DNA from: Eledone cirrhosa | Lineage: Eukaryota | Reading direction: 5' to 3' | Assembly (NCBI GenBank): GCA_964016885.1 | Contig: OZ024745.1 | Coordinates: 66,836,001-66,900,000 of the forward strand | Length of the DNA: 64,000 bases | Shown here: piece after piece, positions 13,976-25,848 of the stretch | Layout of the letters: every line of letters begins with the position of its first letter | How positions within the stretch are numbered: the stretch's first letter is position 1 | The notes under the pieces: model-generated | The model's input: the letters and a program-made list of their open reading frames with translations, nothing else | Databases searched by the model: none | What the model was told of the DNA's origin: nothing | Position numbers and translations under genes: made by a program

Positions 13976-14315
13976 GGCAAGTAAGTATTTTTGAAACAGT
14001 GAGCAGGTTTGAAATTAGAAAATATATAGCTTTCACCGTATTTTTGACTAAATGAATTTTAGCCTGATAATGGGGTTTAGAACCCTCAGATAAATGGAAA
14101 AAGATGAGTATTGACGTACATGGGAGTCGAACCCACATCTTTGGTTATCGAGACCACTGTGTTGGTGTAATGGTAGCACAGTGCTCGCGATAACCAAAGA
14201 TGTGGGTTCGACTCCCATGTACGTCAATACTCATCTTTTTCCATTTATCTGAGGGTTCTAAACCCCATTATCAGGTTAAAATTCCTTTAGTCAAAAATAC
14301 GGTGAAAGCTATATA
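13975..14315. mobile_element. tRNA-headed fold-back element between (TA)n tracts
   Basis: 14022-14315 is a near-perfect palindrome; A box TGGTGTAATGG (14163), B box GGTTCGACTCC, then TTTTT; tail homologous to 42390-42475. Confidence 0.75.
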
Positions 14316-14336
14316 TATATATATATATACATATAT

Positions 14337-14433
14337 ATCGATAGACTTTCGTCAAATCGGACCGAGGAAACAATGTTTCTGTTGGTCTTTCCATTTGCTA
14401 ATACTATCTATCGGTGGCAACTCCAGGTAGAAG
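14337..14433 (+). repeat. Dispersed ~95-bp repeat flanked by (TA)n
   Basis: Reverse complement of ~63373-63463. Confidence 0.8.
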
Positions 14434-14502
14434 ATATATATATATATATATATATATATTAGTACATATATTACCTTTTGGTCTTTGTATGTATCATTAC
14501 TG

Positions 14503-14534
<32 letters not shown>

Positions 14535-14536
14535 TA

Positions 14537-14699
14537 TATATAACGAATGAGTTGTGGTAAGGAACCAGATGGACCATAACGCACCAGAGTACTTAATACT
14601 TAGGGTAGTAGAGTGGGTAATAGGAGAAAGTATGCCCCGACGGCAGAGCTCAAGCCGTTTCGACGGCGATTTCTGGACTAAATAATTTAGTCCAGAAAT
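14537..14699 (-). mobile_element. Truncated repeat with a half-hammerhead and a 31-bp terminal fold-back
   Basis: 14537-14630 matches the reverse complement of 36433-36524; GAAA-cggc..gccg-TC at 14634-14661(-); perfect 15-bp arms at 14669-14699. Confidence 0.6.
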
Positions 14700-14752
14700 A
14701 CATATATATATATATATACAGAAGTGGTTACACAACAGTTAGTTCACCATAC

Positions 14753-14791
14753 CGAATAACAATTGTTTCACCTTAGCAGATCCTCAGCTCG
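14753..14791 (-). ncRNA. Hammerhead ribozyme in the 3' pLTR (family D)
   Basis: cgag-CTGAGGA-tctgctaaggt-GAAA-caattg-TT-attcg. Confidence 0.7.
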
Positions 14792-15946
14792 TAACGGACA
14801 TGGTCATACGGAACAGGAAGGACAGCCGTACGAACGCGCATGCTCAGAAACGGTCACTTCACTCAGGCAATACTAAATTGCGTGCGAGAGGTTTAAGGGA
14901 GATAACTGCGAAAGTCCGAAAGTTTCTAGTTGATAAGAAAATTAGGATGATGATGTAATTCAATCCGGAGCTTTGTAGTTATGTAAGAGTTGTTTCCAGA
15001 CGTGAGCACAACGTGTGGAGAATTCATACCTTGAGTTTAGGCAATCGCTATTGCGTAATCTCTTTAGAATATTTATTCGTTCATCAATACATAGTCCACA
15101 CGACGGATTGCCCCTTGCGTATGGCTTGGACTTGGTGATGGCTTTCCATTGAATGGAGTAGTTTATACTTGAGTCCTTGAGGTACCATACGTGGCTCGCG
15201 AGTCTCGTGGGTGAACTTCTGTCCGGGTACCAAAAGGTCGACTGGTGGTTCAGGAAGCGTTCCTTAAATCGGCCCTCCGCCATACCCACATAGGATTTAA
15301 CCTCCTGTGGTTGATTTGGCCGGTTGGAAGTGACCACAGCTTCATAAACTACAGCGGGCGTGTTGCATTGCTGTTGAAGGGGACAAGCTTCGGGCTTACG
15401 GCAAGAGCACCCTGGAGGGGTGTTGCTCTTGTGGCTGTTGGTGATGTGGGCCTTCATGTTCTTAGCGCAGGAGTATCCTAGTTTTACTTTGTGTCGGTTA
15501 AAGATGGAGCGGTATTTATGACCTATGGGAAAGTGTCCATCTAAGAGGGCTAGAAATGTGTTGCCTACATTGGTTTTAACGTTAAGTGAGAACTGAGGAG
15601 AGAACCAGTTTCTCTATTGTTACGCTTTGTTTTCTTATTGCTGTTGTTGTTAGTGGGAGAGTAAGTGATAGGTTGCGAGAAGCCGCTGTTAGCTAACGCT
15701 GTGTTATAGTAGGGTACCGCTCTGTCAAAGATAGCCTTATTAGAGGAGAGGTTTGAGATTCTAGTACTGATATTATTTACGAAGTTTCTAAAAACAGTGG
15801 GATGGTGGCATGAGTCCTTGTGAATGTAATTGAGTTTTTCGTTAAGCTTATGGAAGGGTATGTAGTATTTCCTGAGTGAAGTGACCGTTTCTACGCATGC
15901 GCGTTCGTACGGTTGTCCTTCCTGTTCCGTATAACCATGTCCATTA

Positions 15947-15984
15947 CGAGCTGAGGATCCGCTAAGGTGAAACAATTATTCTCG
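15947..15984 (+). ncRNA. Hammerhead ribozyme in the inverted pLTR (family D)
   Basis: cgag-CTGAGGA-tccgctaaggt-GAAA-caatta-TT-ctcg. Confidence 0.72.
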
Positions 15985-16319
15985 GTATGGTGAACTAAAT
16001 GTTGTGTAACCACTTCTACCTAACTCGTTCCATGGGCTGAGTGCTCTATCACTACGGATATTACCTTCCAGTGTTCTACCACTATATATATATATATATA
16101 CAGTAATGATACATACAAAGACCAAAAGGTATTATATGTACTAACATATATTTATATCTGTCATTAATATTTTAATGAATCTAGTTTTGTCTCGGCACGA
16201 CAAGGTAAGAACCTGTATGGCATACGGAGTAACTCCTACAAAGAGTAAATAAATACTCAATCCAAATCTATGGTGAAACTAGTACATGTAATTATAAAAT
16301 AATATACAAAAGGATAATA

Positions 16320-16920
16320 TATTAGAAACTAGACGTAACGCCCTAGCAATATTTGAATCATCTATTACATTCAGAGATCACAAAGTATAATTAAATCCGA
16401 ATTCCAAATAAATGCTGAATAATTTTTCCGTAAATTTGAAATGCGGCTAATCAATAAGACATTAATGAACAAAGTCAATAGTAACGTCAACCAATTAAAA
16501 AATTAAAAAATGGTAATAAGTTGGTTCGAATATATTAAAAATAAATACAGATACATGTTAATTAAATTCAACATAGTAGATATTTATATCTCAATAGCCA
16601 ATGTCAAACTCTATGAAAGATATACCAAACGATACAGAAATGTTGACTATCGATACTTTTCGATAAGGATGTCAAAGTGTATGAATGTAGATAAAGGTAA
16701 TTTTATAGCTCTTCCCATATTAGCCCCAATATTCAGAAAACCCACCTCGGATTCTAAAGAGAATACGGACACACTAGATTTATAGACATGAGCTGCCAAA
16801 CACTAGATAAAGTTCGGAAAGGCCTTATTCCAGACGCTTTACAAATTCGGATTTAAAATATCAATCACGATCAAGCTAACTACTGTAGTTATTTAATACC
16901 TCATCTTGAACTTAATAACC
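16320..16920 (+). mobile_element. Highly decayed Penelope-like (Naiad-type) RT remnant
   Basis: VNQLKN*KMVISWFEYIKNKYRYMLIKFNIVDIYISI resembles NQWKNT..VI.WF..I.NK...FI.FDIVDFYPSI. Confidence 0.6.
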
Positions 16921-16949
16921 TATCCCCATAAATCCGTCCATTCAGTCCT

Positions 16950-17370
16950 TTTTTATCCCAGTTAAGCTTTTTAAATATGCCTTCAAGTGCTATATTAAAA
17001 AGTTTGGAAAATCCTATATCCCTTTGTATTTCTTCTCCTTTGATATTAATATATTTCACTCGCATTTTAAAATTTTTAGATGATCTATGTACCCTATATA
17101 TAAATTGTATATAAATTTGATGTATTTACGGAACAATAAAATCTTAAAGCAAACCTCGAAATTGAATGCTATTGATTAATTTCACATAGTCAATAAAGAC
17201 TAAATACAAAGAATGCTTATATTTTCCATGTTTCTGAATAACTCCAATTTGGAAATGATGGGTTTTTTTTAAATCTCGCTTCTGAACTATGCTTGTGTCA
17301 TTGGTTGATTGAAGACTAAGACAGGATTGATGCAATTTAGTGATTAGTTTGTAAAGGATAGACATCACAT
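16950..17370 (-). mobile_element. Decayed RTE-type RT remnant
   Basis: IQKHGKYKHSLYLVFIDYVKLINSI resembles EK..EY..PLYLAFIDY.KAFDSI. Confidence 0.55.
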
Positions 17371-19251
17371 CATTTTTACGTATATAATTCTAAGCATGAA
17401 TATAGCTACATATCTTATTTGTCCGCGAAGAAAAGCCCGATCGAGTGGGAGTTTATAAAATATACTGTACATGCTGGTCTGATTATTAGTCGAGTAGTTA
17501 TATTAATTGAATAAATTTAAACAGTTATCTTTTGAAATGATTTTTTAAACTTTAACGTGCAGATAAACCCATATTATCGATCTAATAATATCTAAGTGGT
17601 AATCTAAAAACATGTAATTAGCAGAATTTTCCAACGCAACATACGTGGTGATACATCAGACTTATATCATGATTCAGTGATTCTTTAAGCTAATGTTTTT
17701 CTATAATATCTCAAACAAACATTTTTTGCTTGCACGAAGGAAACCGACTCAAGCTCCATGTATGAATGATCTGTATAAATGTCAATGTTTTTCTATTGCA
17801 AAGTGGGATGTATCACTTCGGAGATATTTAGAAAATATAAATACCTTATGAAATTGAAACTAATTCGATTGGCAGAAACAATATTCCATCGTATCCAGTA
17901 GAAGGTTTAATTTCTACATTAGTAACAGCGACGTGAATGACATTTACGGCTATTGGCGTCATGGTGAATTTAACCTAATTCCATTTAATACTTTTCAGAC
18001 TAAAGTATTGAGGAAAATCCTGAAAGCTACTGACTGACATTTTTCTAATCTCGCCAAGTTGAAATATATGGTTATCCACATTTTTTTAATTACGAAGAGA
18101 TAGCCAGGAATTTTGAATAAATCTCTTTTCTGACAAGAACCCTTTTTTACCGTGACACAAACTCGTTGATACTATATATATTCTAAGCATAATCTATTTG
18201 TGCTTCTATATCTTTTAATTATTTTAAACTTGAACTAAAGAAACATAAATAATGTGTTTAACCCTTTCGTTTTAAGGGACGTTTCTCTTTTTATATAAAG
18301 ATACAGCTAACCATAATTCTATTTCTATCCGTTGATAGAAAGTTAGGTTGAGTAATATATATATCCCTTCTATGTAGAGATTTCTCCAATGAGGCTAATC
18401 ATATACCTAAATATTCATTCTCATTTACGACTACAAATATATCTGTTTATACACGATCAAGCAATAAATTTAAATTTAATTAGCTATATGTACTACAAGA
18501 GGGTTAACTATCTAGGCAGATCATTTTCTCAAAGCATTGAATATAATAAAATTGAAATCTGAACATTATAGTGCCGGCCAAATTCCAATAGCTATTTTTC
18601 CCGATGCTCTAACGATTCTGCCAATCCATTTACCTATAATAATTGTGTTGAAACCCAGAATTTTACGTTGAAAAGCCAGTCAATTATAGATAATCCATTA
18701 TTTGACTGATATAGTCATCAACCAAACAAGATCTAAAAGCACAAAGTATTTATCATTAACATGACTGGAACACATAAGGAAAGGTTTTGGAACATCCTAA
18801 GACTTTTACCAACTCGACGTTTTTTGGTGGAGTAGTCGAGATGATTCGTAGCATATTCATTTTTATTAGTACAAAAAACGTGTTTGTATTTAACATACTC
18901 AGTTATGGAGTCGTTTTCAAATGTGATCTACTACTCAGTGCCAAACTGCAGGCACATTTACCCACTAGCTATATGGGCTTACCTTACCACGTGCCGTGTT
19001 CCAAGTCTACTGTTATGTTGCCGTAGAATGTAACAAATCAGCTTTCGAAAACGATGCCATATCGAGCTAGACTTAAAGCAACCTGTAGGTAGCAATGGTC
19101 GACTTTGTCAAAGCATTGTCCCCGATATGATCACCTCTGGAAACCAGATCTACTACGAGTTGGAGGGTGCCAAGAATAGATATACCACGGTTCGCGCAGG
19201 TGCGTGCATCACCGACTACACAACCAATAGCATGCCCTAAACGTTTGGCAA

Positions 19252-19418
19252 TACTACTACTACTGCGACTACTACTACTACTATTACTACTACTACTGCT
19301 GCTACTGTTGCTGCTGCTACTACTACTACTACGGCTACTGCTACGACTACTACCACCACCGCCACCACCACCACTACTACTACTGCTACTACTACTACTA
19401 CTACTACCACCACAACTA

Positions 19419-19450
<32 letters not shown>

Positions 19451-19500
19451 GATGCTGATGCTGCTGCTGTTGCTGATACAAATAATGATAATAATAATAA
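19252..19500. repeat. Compound trinucleotide microsatellite (CTA/CTG/CCA/TAA)
   Basis: Directly visible; source of the poly-L and poly-V ORFs. Confidence 0.95.
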
Positions 19501-19599
19501 TTTGAAAGTAATATAAATTAAACGTACAGACATATAGAAATCTTTACTAAAGATTATTTTGGTATAATTAAGATTTTAATGAAAATCCAAGTTGTAATT

Positions 19600-22100
19600 A
19601 AAGAATAATCATACACACTATCAGTTCACGTATGGTATTAAAAATAAAAAGAAGACATTATTGTGTGGAAGAAGGTAAACTAAAGGATATCGTCAGAAAG
19701 ATAAGTAAGCTGTTCACAATGCACGGAATTCTGTAGTCCAATCGAACGTGGGCAATTTATACTGGAAAAGAGTAGAAGGCGCAGGGGAGTTACATATTGC
19801 TGGTGGGTTGTAGAATTAAAAAAAATGAGACTAGGATTCTAACTAGAAGAGAGAAAAATGAAATGTTTATTCAGGCGTTGTAAATTAAATTAGATCCAAA
19901 ATGGAAAACAAATGTTGTAAGACGTGGATGAAATAGCGCATAAATGTGTGGGAAATAAGCTTTATTCAGAGATTTAAAAAATAAACAGAAGAGATATGGC
20001 ACAAGTTCAGTTAGTTTTCGCCAAGAAAAGACTAATGGAGAAAGATACCGAGGGTTCAATGTTAGAGGCACAGGATTAGGTTCTAGGTGTAAACTAGTTC
20101 GGCTACAAAATAGATGAGATTCTTACTCTTGTTTTATTAGAATTCTCACAGCTAATTCCTACGAATGTTCGAGACACGATACAATTGCTACGATACCATT
20201 GCTACGATTCTTTCCTTTTATTTTTGCCACACATTCAGTTTCGCGTACACAGTAAACAACTTTAACCATACCATTTGGGGGAAAACAAGTTAATGTTGGA
20301 CATCTACATATATAATTCTACAGGAATATTAACAGGAATAGTGAAGCACAGTTGTACAACATCAACATCAACAGATATTTCGATCAGAAGGAAAGGAGAA
20401 ACTATGGCTCCACTAGTATGATCCGCTATCACCATAAATGTTTCACCATAATTATTTGCAAGCAATTAGGAAATCGCAGAAATTGATTTGGTCGCTAAAT
20501 TATGGCTGAATCATGTGACCAGTAATTGTGGGTAGGCAGACAAGATTCTAAACATGAATGACTGGAGGAGTATACAACCGCATTAGATACAAAATAACAG
20601 ATATACTGGAGGCTCGGGATCCACAAATCTATTCTTCACTTGCTTACATTCATAAAGTTCAGTATATTTTTTAATTAGCTGGTACACAATGGCATATTAC
20701 CGGAGAGTTAGAATGGATTAATACAATAAACTATAAAATGCAAAATACAAATTTTTCAAAGTGTAGATTGATTACCGAATAATATTTCATATGATCATGG
20801 AGACACTCCTCATAAATAATACAGACGTAATTCATATAAAACAAATGAACCGTGTATGTCAAAAATAATCTAGCACCCACTCAACAGAAAAACAATGAGA
20901 AATTAATATAATTAAGTCGTATACCAAGGAGAAGACAAATATTCCAGAGGTAGTCATTATTCTCTTTGCGGGTGTGCTTGCCCTGAATCTATTAACAAGA
21001 TGTTTGTTAGAAATAACGAATGATTAGATATGCATAAATCAAACTATAAGAAATCTCCTACATACCATTATCTAAAATGGATAATAACCAATTGTAAAAT
21101 CTGGAAGAATTATTTAAAAATTTAGCCAAGGCAATTTCCTAAGCACGGCATTACGCAATTTCGTCCAAGCTATTGCAAGTATATACAAATGTAAAAAGAA
21201 AACTGAGGACATTCGATCGTATACAGACAAAGACATCAGAATTAGATATGAATCAGGAGATAAAATACAATACAGAAAAGTAAAGTACAAAGAAAATCTT
21301 AGAAATGGATACTACATAGACATCAGCACAATATAACAATACTGTACTGAAATGTATAAATGCAATTATATATATATCGATACTTTAGCCGGCACAGTTA
21401 TATTTTCACCTTCCACATAATAAACATGAAATTGAATTAGTTGAAGAGATTAAATAGAAAACCAGGAAACTCTTAACAAATTTCAGAAACAACTATGCTA
21501 CATTGATATACATGAGATGACAACGGGGTGTGAAAAAATGGATATCATCTACAAAGTAGCAGTAGTTCTTGACAATGTTTATAAGAAAGTATAGCAAAAT
21601 AAAATAATTTTGTAAGAAAAATATATTTAAAATCTGTATATAAAAGAAATCATTAACGTACAGACTGGGAACATAGTATATATTAGAACAAAACAGCGGA
21701 AATATTGGTGGTGGTGGTGATAGGGGGGGGGGATAGAAGGCATCAACGTCTACTTATAAAAAAAATAACAAAGAAAACTGAATGCATCAACAGGGAGAAG
21801 ATAAATCTCAGTGTCTTAAAATCTCTGGGATATAATTGGATTTTTCTTTCACAACACCAACGTAGAGCGACAAAGAATAAAAAAAATTAAATAATGAAAA
21901 CCGATACTGACATCAAGTACAGATCATGCAGCCATCACGGTGAAACATTTGAACATATCATTTACGACAGTCCAGTATATTCATAGACACGATCGAATCG
22001 GTAACTATGTCTACTTGGGAATAAACCGACACTTTCTAATGAAAATGGATAATACTTTCCATAATCATGTCCCAAACATGGTATTCGGCAACGTCCCTTT
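19600..22100 (+). mobile_element. Very decayed R4/Dong-like LINE fragments
   Basis: Scattered motifs KLFTMHGIL..(V..LY.KR.EG), LALNLL, KTRKLLT, HDRI resembling the better-preserved copies; many stops. Confidence 0.4.
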
Positions 22101-23519
22101 TGTGCTGATGCAATGATGGAGTTCCAAAAGACCGAGATTCCGGTAAGTGTGGTCTTGGGATGAAAACGAATGAATTACGCGTTTGAATGAATGTAGCAAG
22201 AGAAAAATAACAGCAGGTTTCCAAGGCCAGTACTATAAAGTTAGAAAAATCAGCAAAAGAAGGCAGCATGTTTCTTTGCAGAGATTCAGTGTGAATTGCG
22301 GAGCGACTTTATACTAATTGAATGACCTTGCTTTGAATGACTGTGTATACCATAGCAGTTTTATATCTAGGACCAGCACTCCATTGTAAGCCTCACATCT
22401 GCTTTAGAGAGGGTTAATAATTATTGCGCACTCATGATCAGAACTACTTCAAACTGCCTTGTGTTCTCAATATAATCGAGCCGATATTAGTTTGAAAAGA
22501 ATAGTATATAAATATTGCCATTAAATGTCGTGATAGTAACAAATTAAATTGTAATATTTGATGCAAATGGTAGTTCTGACCCGGTGATGTATTTTGGTTC
22601 ACTATGCCTTCTTCAAATAACGGTTTAGATGTATGTAACCTCATTATTAGCAGATTTGGCAATATAAAATCGATTTGTTATAGATTGATGATTGCGCCTT
22701 GTCGTGTTTAAGATAAAATATAACAGAAAACGTCTCTAAATAGATTGTAAGCAATGATTCCCAAGACAAATCTACAAAATAAAATTGTTTAATAACATTA
22801 GTGAACGACTATAAAACATTACATAGATGGTGAAAATTTTATTTTATTTTCGAAGCCCTACATGATGGAATATATCTGAACGTTTTCAATGTCTGCCTTT
22901 CCTTATTTTCGTTTTGATTATACTTATTATATTATGAATAATAGAGTAATATAAATACTGTTTTTAATATATTATGCATAGTATTGTATTCTACTTATTT
23001 CAATTTTGAATTATATCGACTTGGAAATAAAGGTAGTTCCTAGATTTAATTCATTTATTTCATTTATTTATTACCTTTAAAACTCATCAGACAGAAGAAA
23101 TTTAATCGTAAATCTATGGACATCGACACTGAAAATGACAACCATATTGGCCTGGACAGAATAGTCGTATGTTAAATATCTTTGGTGCAACTACGAGCAA
23201 GGTTTCATAATGAGTACAAAAGTGATATGAGTAATATCTACTGATTGTATAATTTTTGTAAAGATTATAAAATATGCTGGTGGTAAGAATATATTTGAAT
23301 AGAACTGAAATTAATATTTGTATTACAGAAAATATAATTGAAGTACTAATATCAGTTTAATTATAAATATTTTTTTAGGCATGAATATGAGGAAAGCATT
23401 TTACCTGTGATCCCCCTCCCATGTAATTGATAAACTATTTATAGTTAACTTCTATATTTATGTTCAGTTGAATCCAAAACAAACTGTTTGTTTCTTTATT
23501 ATATATGTGTGTTCAAATG

Positions 23520-23720
23520 CGATAGATTGGCAATATCGGTAGAGCGTCAGACACCCTGGTTGTGGCTTAGAGTTTCGGCTCTTTACTTTCTGAGTTCAAA
23601 TCTCACCGGTGTTAGCTTTGTCTGTCATCTTGACGGGGTCGATAAAATAAAATACCAGTTACACACGTGGGTGGATTTAATCGACTTTCTCCGCCCCTTC
23701 AATTGCAGGCATTGTGCATT
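23520..23720 (+). mobile_element. tRNA-derived SINE
   Basis: A box ttggcaatatcggtagagcg, B box gagttcaaatc, ggggtcgataaaataaaataccag core. Confidence 0.8.
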
Positions 23721-23967
23721 ATTTAACATCACCCTTTATCGTCATAGTCTTTATCTTATACACCATCACTATCTATTTTTCTTCATCAACATAAACACTA
23801 GCAATTGACTAGACGTTTATTTACGTCTTCGTATAATTTATTATATTTCATTATCATCATCAGCTTCTATTGAATATCGACATCTCCATCTTCTTATGCA
23901 TTATTATCGTCATCTCCATCTTATTATACATTATTATACATTATTATACATTATTATCATAAACATA

Positions 23968-24130
23968 GGGCGGTGGATTGGCAGTATCAGTAGAGGGTCT
24001 GACGCCATGCTTTGCAGCAAAGAGTTGCAGCCCTTTTATGGCTTTCATCCTTACGGGGTCGATAAAATAAAGTATCAGTAATACACTGGCATAATTGCTG
24101 GCCTTGTGCCAAAAATAGAAACAATTATTA
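23968..24130 (+). mobile_element. tRNA-derived SINE, internally deleted
   Basis: Same family as 27821-28005. Confidence 0.8.
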
Positions 24131-24848
24131 TCATTTCACTAGACATTTCCTCAGCTAATTTATTTCTCTTCTATGATCATTCTAATTTACTTTTTTTTTT
24201 TATTTCGCTGTTAGAACTTTTTACCAGTCATAAGCCCTCGTTTATGTTAGATCTTTTCACCCAATCTACCCCTAATTTCTCTCCCTCTTCTCCACGTCTA
24301 ACCCCTATTTTATCTCCTTTTTATCCACGTCACATCCCTACTTTATACTCTTCTTTCCGCTTCCTCATATACTCTATTACTGTCCATATCTTTCTTAAAA
24401 GTCACACACCGTATATAGCCATCTCAGCCAAAACGTCCCTCTCCGTCACTCCTCCATCATCTGGGTCTTTCCCTATTTATAATTCTCTATGTTACTCAAA
24501 ATTCTGTCTTTTCCTGATCATAATGTGAGTAAGTACATAGCTGAAACTCCAGAGCAAGTCCACTTAACTTAGCCTTAATAAAAACAATCAGAGGCGAACT
24601 GGGTCTAAAAATATTGGTTGTCAGGAGATGAAGGGGGGGGGGCACTTACATATAGAATTATATTATTTAACTTTTATAATGAATAAATAACATTTTCGAA
24701 AAATACATCAGTGGAAACAAAACAGTGCAATCACATTTTTGCGGAAAAATATCTTACCTTCTCCAATAAAAATTATTATGTATTTTGTGAAATCCAGAGA
24801 CTTTCAATAATGACCAGAAGTCGACCCTAAATATTACTAATAGGGCTA

Positions 24849-25228
24849 GAAAGCCATGAACGACACCACACCTTTTCAACTTTGATTTTGAAAGTAGGTT
24901 TATAATTATCATTTCTTACTACACGTTTGTAGCTGTATCGGTGGCCGAGTTGGAGGAATCATAGGCGGTGGTGATCTTGGGCTGACGTTCGATCCTGATT
25001 GGGAGCAGGGTTCCCAGTAACCCTTGTCAGTTTTTTTTCTATTAGTTGTAAAATAAAAACTGAAAAAGATTACTTGTACCCCTTGACCAGTATTGAACCC
25101 AAGGTCAGGATCTCCACCGTCTCTAGTACCTACCGCTAGGCCACAGAGACAACTACGAAAATCTTAGGAAAACTCAAACTTAAAAACAAACTTTCAAAAT
25201 GTTCATCGTGGTGTCGATCATGTCTTTC
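24849..25228. mobile_element. TIR-bounded non-autonomous DNA element with two convergent tRNA-like units
   Basis: gaaagccatgaacgacaccac / gtggtgtcgatcatgtctttc inverted termini; A/B boxes at ~24941-24995(+) and ~25085-25145(-). Confidence 0.55.
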
Positions 25229-25339
25229 TTAAAGTTATTGCTCCTACTTAAGGTCGATTTCTCAATCATTTGGGTGTTCTATAAACTACATCCTCGTTTT
25301 CTTTCACATCTAACTAGACTATATTTTAACCTGTAATAT

Positions 25340-25419
<80 letters not shown>

Positions 25420-25728
25420 CAGTTCAAGAGTAACCAATCTTAAAGAGAGAGATGGAGATAGTAGAGGAGATGTGAGAGGAAAGATTGGTGAGATAGTTAG
25501 AAGCCAAAGCGTAATGGCATATGCTCAATGTGCAATATGCAGTAGAAAGAAGCTAGGTGGCTGGGTTCATGCAGAAGTTGGATGCGCAGAGCTGTAAATA
25601 TTCATTAGTTAAGCAAAACAAGACCACAAATTTCACAAGGAAGACATTATTAAAAGATTGTCAACATATTTTAGTTTGATGCAAGGAATCTAGAGAATAA
25701 AATAATAATATTAATAATAATAATGTCC

Positions 25729-25848
25729 GTTTACAATTGTTTCGCTACTCCATATAATATTTCTGAATCAGATGACTATATATCATAATTGATCTGGTTC
25801 AGTTGAAAATAATTAACATATTTAAAAGACAGAGTGGCTCATCGGAAC
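25729..25848 (-). ncRNA. Hammerhead with extended stem II (family E, inverted copy)
   Basis: Reverse complement of 28050-28169. Confidence 0.6.

Larger units (their letters stand above)
14718..16083 (-). mobile_element. Penelope-like element (Naiad-like), 5'-truncated with inverted pLTR
   Basis: Minus-strand RT C-terminus (YIHKDSCHHP, ISTRISNLSS, WFSPQFS..KTNVG) and GIY-YIG (CSCR..CPL, VVYEA..YVG..FKER..H, CGLC, LNSRYE..CAH) over ~14960-15868; inverted repeats 14718-14876/15862-16017. Confidence 0.9.

Noticed and set aside
14161-14228. Functional tRNA gene
   Set aside because: The 5' acceptor strand is missing and the anticodon arm is irregular; it lies in a repeat
14245-14312. Complete hammerhead (CTGAGGG...GAAAgcTA) in the tRNA-headed element
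   Set aside because: A9 is absent and stems I/II do not pair convincingly
19167-19533. Poly-Leu/poly-Val membrane-like ORFs
   Set aside because: Trinucleotide repeat artefact
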